Source: a virus. Taken from it: a stretch of 34,877 nt of DNA. Where the stretch lies: the IMG/VR virus record IMGVR_UViG_3300021963_000013. One strand, 5' to 3'. The first letter of the stretch is position 1, and the number at the start of each line of letters is the position of its first letter. The notes beneath the pieces are model-generated. The model did no database searches. It saw only the letters and a list, made by a program, of their open reading frames with translations, and had not been told where the DNA came from. A program made the position numbers and the translations under genes. This document shows, piece by piece, positions 24,056 to 31,368 of the stretch.

Positions 24056-24579
24056 TATTTTAATTCTGTTTTTAGTTTATCTTTTAATAATACTGTAATT
24101 TTTTGCTCTGCTGGTGTGAATGACTTGTAAGTATTGGCTAACTCTTGTAAACTTTTACAAGCATTTAATCGAGTTTCTAAACGTAGTAAGTCGATTGCTG
24201 GTTGCGGTGTACTTGCTTTATTGCCGTCGTCATCGTCTGCACCAACACAGACAAAAGATTGTAAACCGTATCTACGGGCGTAAGTTATTCCGCTTCCTTG
24301 CGCTTGTGCATCGTTAATTTTAGAGTAAACTATCTCGGTAAAGCTATCCATCATTTCACCGCTTTCGTGTAATAAAATAGTATTTACAAAGTTTTTACCG
24401 TCAACGTGTACAAGTGGTTGTAAAACTGTTATACCGTTTTCGTTTAGTATTGGAATTACGGCTTCACGTACTGCGTTTAAATCAGCGTACTTTGATTTAA
24501 AAAAAGGATTTGTATTACCTTTTTTAGGGTTGCTCATTTCTGATTGTGCTTTGACTAAAGCGGTTGCAATGTTTTTCAT
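24055..24579 (-). CDS. ERF-family single-strand annealing protein
   Basis: 'KAQSEMSNPKKGNTNPFFKSKYADLNAVREAVIPIL' and 'GSGITYARRYGLQSF' are characteristic ERF motifs. Confidence 0.75.
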   Translation of the reverse strand: MKNIATALVKAQSEMSNPKKGNTNPFFKSKYADLNAVREAVIPILNENGITVLQPLVHVDGKNFVNTILLHESGEMMDSFTEIVYSKINDAQAQGSGITYARRYGLQSFVCVGADDDDGNKASTPQPAIDLLRLETRLNACKSLQELANTYKSFTPAEQKITVLLKDKLKTELK

Positions 24580-24598
24580 AATTTAAAATTTAGTTTGT

Positions 24599-24606
24599 CA
24601 AAGATA
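24599..24606 (-). promoter_or_regulatory. -7-like box TATCTTTG upstream of the ERF gene
   Basis: The plus strand reads CAAAGATA, 19 nt upstream of the ATG at 24579. No clear -33 element. Confidence 0.35.
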
Positions 24607-24628
24607 ATAAAAATAATATTAAGAATGA

Positions 24629-24760
24629 TTATAAATTAATTGTTTTTGCCACTCCTTTTGCAATATATACAAAAGATTTATGATTATTTTCTTTTGCGGT
24701 TTTGATTGCTAATTGTCTAAGGCGATAATTCGTTTCGCTAATTGTTTCAGAGTTTTTCAT
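24629..24760 (-). CDS. small hypothetical protein (43 aa), below the ORF-track cutoff
   Basis: ATG at 24760, TAA at 24629-24631. Overlaps the upstream micro-ORF by 14 nt. Confidence 0.35.
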   Translation of the reverse strand: MKNSETISETNYRLRQLAIKTAKENNHKSFVYIAKGVAKTINL

Positions 24761-24926
24761 AATCTTTAACTTCTATTTCGTTTACATAGGTTTCAATGCC
24801 TATTTGGATTTCAGATAATAATTCTTTTGCTTTTAAAAGTTCCCGCTCTAAAGCTTCGATTCTTAACGCTTGGAATTTCTCAAGGTCTGTAGTTGGGGTT
24901 CTGTCAATAGTATATAATTCGCTCAT
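24747..24926 (-). CDS. small coiled-coil protein (59 aa), below the ORF-track cutoff
   Basis: ATG at 24926 forms an ATGA overlap with the upstream stop. Sequence 'MSELYTIDRTPTTDLEKFQALRIEALERELLKAKELL...'. Confidence 0.4.
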   Translation of the reverse strand: MSELYTIDRTPTTDLEKFQALRIEALERELLKAKELLSEIQIGIETYVNEIEVKDYEKL

Positions 24927-25102
24927 AACTGATTTAATAGTTTAGTTAATTTGGTTTCTTTGTTTGTTAGTTTAAGTTGTTGCTTTGGAGTTAAACCGTC
25001 TATTGCCCCGAATATTATTTTTAACTCTCTTAAACTTTCGATTTCTCGGTTTAGCTTTTTTATCTTAGCTAATACTTGCGGTTGTACTAAAGTGTGATTC
25101 AT
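24923..25102 (-). CDS. small coiled-coil protein (59 aa), below the ORF-track cutoff
   Basis: ATG at 25102 forms an ATGA overlap with the stop of 25099..25275. Sequence 'MNHTLVQPQVLAKIKKLNREIESLRELK...'. Confidence 0.4.
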   Translation of the reverse strand: MNHTLVQPQVLAKIKKLNREIESLRELKIIFGAIDGLTPKQQLKLTNKETKLTKLLNQL

Positions 25103-25275
25103 AATATTGTCGCTTTAAATGGGATTGCTGAATTGCTTTTGAAGTTTGACAAAGCTAACTCAATAGCTTGTTTTTCTGTTTCCGCTTCTACTGTGAAATG
25201 CTTAAACTCTTTCTCTTGTTCGCCATTAGTATAGTATCTATACCATACTTCGACTGTGAATAATTTGTTTTCCAT
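25099..25275 (-). CDS. hypothetical protein (58 aa from the ATG at 25275), first early gene
   Basis: The track start at 25332 would place 19 hydrophobic codons over the promoter. The 'MENKLFTVEVW...' start lies 22 nt downstream of the -7 box. Confidence 0.5.
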   Translation of the reverse strand: MENKLFTVEVWYRYYTNGEQEKEFKHFTVEAETEKQAIELALSNFKSNSAIPFKATIL

Positions 25276-25297
25276 AATTTTAGTTATTTTGATGAAG

Positions 25298-25328
25298 CAA
25301 AGATATAATAAAAATATTACCATACAAA
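25298..25328 (-). promoter_or_regulatory. early promoter TTTG-N19-TATCTTTG
   Basis: On the plus strand, CAAAGATA (25298-25305) and CAAA (25325-25328) are 19 nt apart, in the divergent intergenic region. Confidence 0.55.
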
Positions 25329-25392
25329 ACATTTTTAAACTTTTTTTGTAATTTATAATTAATCTAAATAAAACTTTTGTATATTTGTTATT

Positions 25393-25647
25393 ATGATAGT
25401 ATCACTTCAGCGATGGATAACTGAGATAACAGACGACGAGGAAACGTATTACGCCCCTATTGCACCACAAGGATACTACGAACTATATAGGGTAAGATTA
25501 GACCGAATAGATGCGTATTCCGTTAGTGAAGATAAAACAGAATTGATCCTTACCATAAGCGGAAACGAGTTCTTTTTTGATTATTCAGATGAAGGACACG
25601 AAATTATAAGAAATTATTTTAATGTGTTAGATACAAAATATAACTAA
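25393..25647 (+). CDS. hypothetical protein, first gene of the plus arm
   Basis: 84-aa ORF. TATATTTG (25380-25387) ends 5 nt before the ATG, which suggests a near-leaderless mRNA. Confidence 0.5.
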   Translation: MIVSLQRWITEITDDEETYYAPIAPQGYYELYRVRLDRIDAYSVSEDKTELILTISGNEFFFDYSDEGHEIIRNYFNVLDTKYN

Positions 25648-26105
25648 TGCTTGAACAATTAGCAAAAAGAGATAAGGATTGGCGCAGAATGGCGTACCAA
25701 ATTTGCGGGGACAAAATGACCGCAGACGATTTAGTCCAGGATATGTATCTAAAGTTTGCTAACTACACGCAAGAGATAAACGATTACTATGTGTTCTTTG
25801 CTATTCGTTCAATATTCTTAGACGGTATAAAAAAGCGTAAAATAGAAATTGTTTCAAGCGATGTAGAGACTATAAATTTAAATGATGAAAGCTATTGCGA
25901 AGAAACCGACTTTTTAAAGGAACTAATTTTAAAAGAGGTTGACAGTTTACCGTATCTCGAAAGAGAAATGCTAAAAGTAACGCAAGTAATAAGCCAAAGG
26001 GAATTAGCACGACAAAGCGAAATACCATTTGAAACGATTAACAAAACAATTAAAAAGACAAAACAACAATTAAGAAATAAGATATGGGAAGACCAAAAAA
26101 AATAA
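25647..26105 (+). CDS. ECF-like RNA polymerase sigma factor (regions 2 and 4)
   Basis: 'ADDLVQDMYLKF' looks like region 2. 'LPYLEREMLKV...SQRELARQSEIPFETINKTIKKTKQQLR' looks like the region 4 helix-turn-helix. 152 aa. Confidence 0.6.
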   Translation: MLEQLAKRDKDWRRMAYQICGDKMTADDLVQDMYLKFANYTQEINDYYVFFAIRSIFLDGIKKRKIEIVSSDVETINLNDESYCEETDFLKELILKEVDSLPYLEREMLKVTQVISQRELARQSEIPFETINKTIKKTKQQLRNKIWEDQKK

Positions 26106-26419
26106 AAGGTTTAGGAGATGCAATAGCAACCGTAACCGATGCGTTAGGGATAGAACAATGCGATGGTTGTAAGTCAAGACAAGAAAAACTAAACAAACTT
26201 TTACCATTCGGGTTAAAGGATTTAACCGATGAACAAAAGGAATATTTACAAAATTTCTTTGCAACTCAACACGATGAATTGACACCGCAAGAGCAAAAGG
26301 AATTAATTGGCATATATTTTGATGTGTATCAAATTAAACCATTTGTACCTTGTACGGGTTGCAGTGGTGTATGGAAATCAATTATTAAGAAACTAAAGAA
26401 ATTAGATTATGAAAACTAA
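26084..26419 (+). CDS. hypothetical Cys-rich protein
   Basis: 111 aa with 'CDGC' and 'CTGC' pairs. Overlaps the sigma gene by 22 nt. Confidence 0.5.
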   Translation: MGRPKKIKGLGDAIATVTDALGIEQCDGCKSRQEKLNKLLPFGLKDLTDEQKEYLQNFFATQHDELTPQEQKELIGIYFDVYQIKPFVPCTGCSGVWKSIIKKLKKLDYEN

Positions 26420-26678
26420 AATTATGTTAATCGCTTTGGCATTCGGGTTAATGTCAAGCACCTGCTCAACTGAAGAGCAACCGCAAACAGAAAATACTTG
26501 CAACTGTAGAAAAGTATATTACGATTATGGAGTTGTAGGTTTTGTAAATGGAGTTAGTCCACTTTGGGGTTATACTAAAGTAGGTCAAGAACAAGCAACT
26601 CAAATGGAATGCACTTTAGACACCGGCGAATATATCCAAATAGATAGTAATAGCTATTATAAAATTGAGTGTGAGTAA
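26409..26678 (+). CDS. small lipoprotein
   Basis: Signal peptide 'MKTKIMLIALAFGLMSSTC', followed by acidic 'STEEQ'. Confidence 0.5.
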   Translation: MKTKIMLIALAFGLMSSTCSTEEQPQTENTCNCRKVYYDYGVVGFVNGVSPLWGYTKVGQEQATQMECTLDTGEYIQIDSNSYYKIECE

Positions 26679-27083
26679 ATGGGTAAACACAAATACATAG
26701 AAACACCCGAAAAGATGTGGGATTATTTTTTACAGTACAAAGCGTATGTAAAATCTAATCCTATTGTCGTTAAAGATTGGGTGGGCAAAGATGCACAAGA
26801 TGTATACAGAGAGAAAGAAAGACCTTTGACTGTAGACGGTTTCGAGTGTTGGTGTGCTGACAACGAAATTATAAGCGATTTAAGCAATTATTTTGCTAAT
26901 TCTGACAACAAGTATTCTGATTATTCAACTATCTGTTCACGTATACGCAAGGCAGTTAGAACAGACCAAATAGAGGGCGGAATGGTTGGAATATACAACC
27001 CAAGTATTACACAAAGATTAAACGGTTTAGTCGAGAAGTCAGAACATACCGTAAAACAAGAGCAACCTTTATTCCCTGAGTAA
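26679..27083 (+). CDS. terminase small subunit (gp3-packaging-like)
   Basis: 'ETPEKMWDYF', 'RPLTVDGFECWC' and 'GIYNPSITQRLNG' resemble the GP3_package family. It lies immediately upstream of TerL. Confidence 0.6.
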   Translation: MGKHKYIETPEKMWDYFLQYKAYVKSNPIVVKDWVGKDAQDVYREKERPLTVDGFECWCADNEIISDLSNYFANSDNKYSDYSTICSRIRKAVRTDQIEGGMVGIYNPSITQRLNGLVEKSEHTVKQEQPLFPE

Positions 27084-27084
27084 T

Positions 27085-28248
27085 ATGTTTAAGCGGACAA
27101 CGGCTATTAATAAGATGCTTAAGATGACCGCTCGAAAAAAAGTTATTCAAGGCGGTACTTCGGCAGGTAAGACTTACGGTATTATCCCTATACTTATTGA
27201 CAAAGCAATTAAAAACCAACGTATAAAAATAAGCGTTGTTGCTGAAACTTTACCCGCAGTTAAAGAGGGTGCGCTCGATATCTTTAAACAAGTAATGTAC
27301 GATACTAATCGTTGGATTGAAGATAATTGGAACGCTTCCTCTTTAACTTATACTTTCGGAAGTGGTAGCCGAATTCAATTCAAATCCTACGACTCTGTAG
27401 GTAAAGCAAAGTCAAGCGGTAAAAGAGATATACTATTTTTAAACGAAGCTAACCACATAGCTTTCGATATTGCCGATGCTTTAATGATACGTTCAAAAGA
27501 AACGTGGATAGATTTCAACCCCGATAATGAATTTTGGGTACATACTGAAGTATTAACCGAGCCAAATTCAGAGTTTTTATTACTTACGTACTACGACAAT
27601 GAAGCTTGTCCAAAGGAAACAATAGAGGATTTAGAGTTAAAGAAACAAAAGGCTTTGACTTCTGACTATTGGGCGAATTGGTGTAGGGTTTATATCGATG
27701 GTGAGATAGGTAATTTAGAGGGTGTCATATTTAATAATTGGAAAACGATTAACGAGATACCAAAAGAAGCCCGTTTATTAGGATATGGTTTGGATTTTGG
27801 ATATACAAATGACCCTACTTCTATAATCGAAGTGTATCTTTATAACGGACAAAGAATATTAAATGAGATATGCTACCAAAAAGGGTTAAGTAATAGCCAA
27901 ATTGCAAAGTACATTACAACTAAATTACCTTGTTATTGTGATAGCGCAGAGCCTAAAAGTATAGACGAATTAAAATCTTACGGTGTTAGGGCTTATGCTG
28001 TTACAAAAGGTAGCGATAGCATTAACTTTGGTATTCAAGTAATGCAAGAACAAGACTATTTAGTCACTTCAAAGTCTGTAAACCTAACCAAAGAGTTAAG
28101 AAAATACGCTTGGGATAAAGACAAAAAGACTAACGAGAAGTTAAACAAACCAATAGACAACTACAACCACGCTATCGATGCAACCAGATACCACGAAATG
28201 GAAACTGTAGGTTTGCGCAAGTCAAAAGGTAAATACGACATTCGCTAA
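27085..28248 (+). CDS. terminase large subunit
   Basis: Walker A 'GGTSAGKTYG' and Walker B 'ILFLNEA'. Nuclease motifs 'CDSAEP' and 'HAIDATRY'. Confidence 0.85.
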   Translation: MFKRTTAINKMLKMTARKKVIQGGTSAGKTYGIIPILIDKAIKNQRIKISVVAETLPAVKEGALDIFKQVMYDTNRWIEDNWNASSLTYTFGSGSRIQFKSYDSVGKAKSSGKRDILFLNEANHIAFDIADALMIRSKETWIDFNPDNEFWVHTEVLTEPNSEFLLLTYYDNEACPKETIEDLELKKQKALTSDYWANWCRVYIDGEIGNLEGVIFNNWKTINEIPKEARLLGYGLDFGYTNDPTSIIEVYLYNGQRILNEICYQKGLSNSQIAKYITTKLPCYCDSAEPKSIDELKSYGVRAYAVTKGSDSINFGIQVMQEQDYLVTSKSVNLTKELRKYAWDKDKKTNEKLNKPIDNYNHAIDATRYHEMETVGLRKSKGKYDIR

Positions 28249-28274
28249 AACAAAACCGTTTTCTGTCGTTATTA
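28247..28274 (+). promoter_or_regulatory. late-gene upstream cassette copy 3 (AAAACAAAAC-N10-CGTTATTA, 4 nt before the ATG)
   Basis: Same motif and spacing as the copies at 1004 and 3713. Confidence 0.4.
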
Positions 28275-28278
28275 AGGT

Positions 28279-28872
28279 ATGCAGATAAACATACCTACTT
28301 CATTAAAAGATATTAAAATGCATCAGTTTATTGCCTTTGAAAAAAGCGATAAAACAGACGATGACTATATTGTACACCTTTGCGAGTTTGCAAACCCTAA
28401 ACTTTTACCAAAAAAAGAACATGCTGAGATTGTAACCTTATTAAAAGAGGTGATGCAAAGTGATGTTGAGTTTCATAAGATATTCAAACACGATGGTATA
28501 TCGTTTGGTTTCATTCCTAACTTAGACAAGTTAACGGCTAACGAGTTTATGCACATTGAAGAATATATAAAAAATCCTGACACGTGGCATAAAGCATTAG
28601 CGGTTTTATACAGACCCGTAACCAAACGCAAACGTAATTGGTTTAAACGAGGGGCGCACGATTTATATGATATACTGCCGTATAAAGAAGAAAACGCTTT
28701 TGAGGGTTTAATGTTAGATGTGAGTTGTACCTATTATCTCGGTGCAATGGTTTTTTTTTACAATTTAGGGAACGACTTACTAAAATATATGCAGGACTAT
28801 TCCAAACAGTTGGAGAGCAAAATAAAAAAGAAACCCACTTTAACGAAAAGTGGGGATGGTATGTTAGCGTAA
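28279..28872 (+). CDS. tail assembly chaperone-like protein, zero-frame product (gpG analogue)
   Basis: 197-aa ORF with an in-phase A_AAA_AAG heptamer 42 nt before its stop. Confidence 0.5.
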   Translation: MQINIPTSLKDIKMHQFIAFEKSDKTDDDYIVHLCEFANPKLLPKKEHAEIVTLLKEVMQSDVEFHKIFKHDGISFGFIPNLDKLTANEFMHIEEYIKNPDTWHKALAVLYRPVTKRKRNWFKRGAHDLYDILPYKEENAFEGLMLDVSCTYYLGAMVFFYNLGNDLLKYMQDYSKQLESKIKKKPTLTKSGDGMLA

Positions 28873-29012
28873 GGGCTTTAGCAGAATTAAACAAGACAGA
28901 AGAGGAAAACGTTTTAGAATATACGATACATAAGTTTTACAGATTGTTGGAGTTTGAGAAAGACCGAGCGGAAGTAACAAAAGAAATGATTAAAAACGCA
29001 AGTAAGAAATGA
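28279..29012 (+). CDS. -1 frameshift fusion product (gpGT analogue, about 244 aa)
   Basis: A slip at 28824-28830 joins 184 codons of frame 1 to 60 codons of the 28725..29012 frame. The fusion-frame stop forms an ATGA with the next gene at 29009. Confidence 0.5.
28824..28854 (+). promoter_or_regulatory. -1 programmed ribosomal frameshift signal
   Basis: A_AAA_AAG sits in X_XXY_YYZ phase (28824-28830). After a 3-nt spacer comes a hairpin, CCCACTT (28834-28840) with AAGTGGG (28848-28854). Confidence 0.6.
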
Positions 29013-29464
29013 GAGAATTTTATAAAGTAGTTGACTATTTAAAGACCACATTAGAAGCGGATATAAACGTGCATACAATTACGCACGGTTTAAGGTCAAT
29101 GACTGATATTGACAAAAAAAATATATTCCCTTTAGTGCATTTGCAAGTAATATCTTCAAGCGTTGATACTTCAAGCGTGACTTTCACTTTTGAGATTGCC
29201 GTAGTAGACTTGCGCAATATATCAAAGCAATTAGTTACCGATAAGTTTTTAGGGAACGATAACGAACTCGATAATTTAAACACGTGCCACGCAGTACTAA
29301 ACCGATTAGTATCTATTTTAAGAAATAAAAACAACGATTACGATATACAGTTAGTAAACGCACCAACTTTGCAACCTATCATTTTTGAAGAAAGCAATCT
29401 GTTAGACGGTTGGCGTACCGATTTAGATTTAATAATTCCTAATAACGAGATAGTTGTCTGCTAA
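29009..29464 (+). CDS. hypothetical neck/tail completion protein
   Basis: 151-aa ORF in the tail/neck block. Any resemblance to DUF3168-type proteins is vague. Confidence 0.4.
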   Translation: MREFYKVVDYLKTTLEADINVHTITHGLRSMTDIDKKNIFPLVHLQVISSSVDTSSVTFTFEIAVVDLRNISKQLVTDKFLGNDNELDNLNTCHAVLNRLVSILRNKNNDYDIQLVNAPTLQPIIFEESNLLDGWRTDLDLIIPNNEIVVC

Positions 29465-29993
29465 AACTGAAAATACAGAGAAAGCTTTAGATGCGTTTTT
29501 AAAGTACACCGTAAGTCAAGCGAAAGCAAACCTTACACGTAAGAAAAAAAACGCTTCAAAAAATTTGTACAACAGTTTAACGTATGATTTTAAAGTAAGC
29601 AAAAACAGTTTTACGGCTTCTATTAGTGCGACTGATTATGCGGAGTTTCAAGATTTAGGGGTTAAGGGTGCAAAGTCGTCACGTAAGGCACCAAATTCAC
29701 CTTTTAAAATGGGTACGGGTTCAGCCCCAAAAGGTAAGTTTAAAGGGGCAATAGATAAATGGGTTGTACGTAAAGGAATAGCACCAAGAAACAAAGGACA
29801 GTTTGCAAGTAGAGATCAATTAGTAAGGAATATAATGCGGTCAATATTCAACACGGGTATTCCTGCAAGTAGGTTTTTAAGCGACCCATTTGAGAAAGGA
29901 TTTAAAAGATTACCTGATGAAATAATTGAGGCGTACGGCTTAGATGTCGAAACCTTTTTAAAACAAATAATAAACAATGGCAAAAAGAATTAA
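29454..29993 (+). CDS. HK97 gp10-like head-tail joining protein (TTG start)
   Basis: 'TASISATDYAEFQDLGVKGAKS...PF' resembles the gp10-family 'YA..vEfGT' core. The only in-frame start near the upstream stop is the TTG at 29454. Confidence 0.4.
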   Translation: MSAKTENTEKALDAFLKYTVSQAKANLTRKKKNASKNLYNSLTYDFKVSKNSFTASISATDYAEFQDLGVKGAKSSRKAPNSPFKMGTGSAPKGKFKGAIDKWVVRKGIAPRNKGQFASRDQLVRNIMRSIFNTGIPASRFLSDPFEKGFKRLPDEIIEAYGLDVETFLKQIINNGKKN

Positions 29994-31368
29994 GATTGAA
30001 CTTTTAAGCAACCCAACACCTGTAGCAAATATTGGAATACAAGTTGCTTACGGTTCTTATAGTAATTTTGTTGGTGTGACTTTACCCGTTGCAGTAGCTA
30101 TAGGTGCAACAAAAGAAGACACTGCGAGTAATTTATTTGATTGGTATTTTGAATATTCTTATCCGTCTTGGCTTTCTGCTATTCAGACTATATCTTTAGC
30201 AGGTAGTACGATTTATTTTGATTATGAAGTTGCCGATGAAAATAATTTATCTTTTCCGATATTAGATTCAGACCAGTCAAGTATATCAATAGAAGAAGTA
30301 TCTATTGACGAAGATACTTTGCAAATAGGTTTAGTACGTTCGACTTTATCTATTCGGCTTATTCCGAATGTAAACTTTGATAGGGCGACTTTGGATTTAT
30401 ATAATTATACGGGTGATATTGCATCAGTACCTACAACACCAAACTACCCACTATCAAAGGCAGTTGTACAATTAGGACAACCTGCTCTCAATTTTGATAT
30501 AAACGAGTTGAGCAAAACTGCTTTAACGCCTACAATAGCTAACTATACTTTGTCAGGAGTTCAGCCTTTACCTGCGGGTCAAAGTTGTTGGAGTTATTAC
30601 AACGCTAATTGCTACGATGGGGAAGATTTAGTTTATAACAAAGACGGTATTTTATTGTGCTTATATGGTTATGGTTATTTTCAAGACTTATACAACCCGC
30701 AACCGCTGAGCAATGTTTTAATTGATGGTAATTCACATACGCATTTAAGAGGTTACGACAATAGAATACATTTTTTAACGAGAGATTTAACAAGCGTAAC
30801 AGTAAACGGCACACCCTTAACGGTTAGCCTTGATACTGATTTTAATTATAACAATATCGTTTCTTTAAACTTAAACGATTACGATGCAAGTGCGACCGCT
30901 TTAACGGTTGTATTTACCTATACAGATGAAACACGTACTTTAGTTTTTAGCGTAAAAGAGGAGTGTAAATATGAAGTAGTGAATTGTGTTTTCATTAATA
31001 AATACGGTTTACCACAATCGCTATTTTTTACCAAAGCACAAAAAAGAAGTGACGAAATAGAAGCTTCAGAATATAGGGGTTTAATTTCTGACTTCGGAGT
31101 TTACAATACAACATCGCATTTATATAAAGCATTTAATTCAAACGGGCGCACAAAAGTAACTTGCAATACTGATTACCTAAACGAAAGCGAAAACGAAACG
31201 TTTAGACAAATGATGTTAAGCGAAACAGTTTGGCTAATTGAGGGCGATATTATAAACCCCGTGAGTATCGATAAAAAATCTATAGAATACAAAACGAGTT
31301 TAGTTGATAAACTTATCCAATATTCAATAGATTTTAAATATGCATTTGATATTATAAACCAATGTTAA
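29977..31368 (+). CDS. tail structural protein
   Basis: 463-aa ORF overlapping both neighbours. No motif recognised. Confidence 0.45.
   Translation: MAKRIKIELLSNPTPVANIGIQVAYGSYSNFVGVTLPVAVAIGATKEDTASNLFDWYFEYSYPSWLSAIQTISLAGSTIYFDYEVADENNLSFPILDSDQSSISIEEVSIDEDTLQIGLVRSTLSIRLIPNVNFDRATLDLYNYTGDIASVPTTPNYPLSKAVVQLGQPALNFDINELSKTALTPTIANYTLSGVQPLPAGQSCWSYYNANCYDGEDLVYNKDGILLCLYGYGYFQDLYNPQPLSNVLIDGNSHTHLRGYDNRIHFLTRDLTSVTVNGTPLTVSLDTDFNYNNIVSLNLNDYDASATALTVVFTYTDETRTLVFSVKEECKYEVVNCVFINKYGLPQSLFFTKAQKRSDEIEASEYRGLISDFGVYNTTSHLYKAFNSNGRTKVTCNTDYLNESENETFRQMMLSETVWLIEGDIINPVSIDKKSIEYKTSLVDKLIQYSIDFKYAFDIINQC

Noticed and set aside
25345-25387. A full host-type promoter for the plus arm.
   Set aside because: A good -7 box, TATATTTG (25380-25387), is present. 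The nearest upstream TTTG is either adjacent or 31 nt away, outside the 19-21 nt window. Only the -7 box is noted, under the 25393 CDS.
28725-29012. A 95-aa ORF listed as an independent gene.
   Set aside because: Its first 49 codons overlap the 3' end of 28279-28872, and an in-phase A_AAA_AAG plus hairpin lies inside the overlap. It is better explained as the -1 extension of the upstream gene than as a separately initiated protein.
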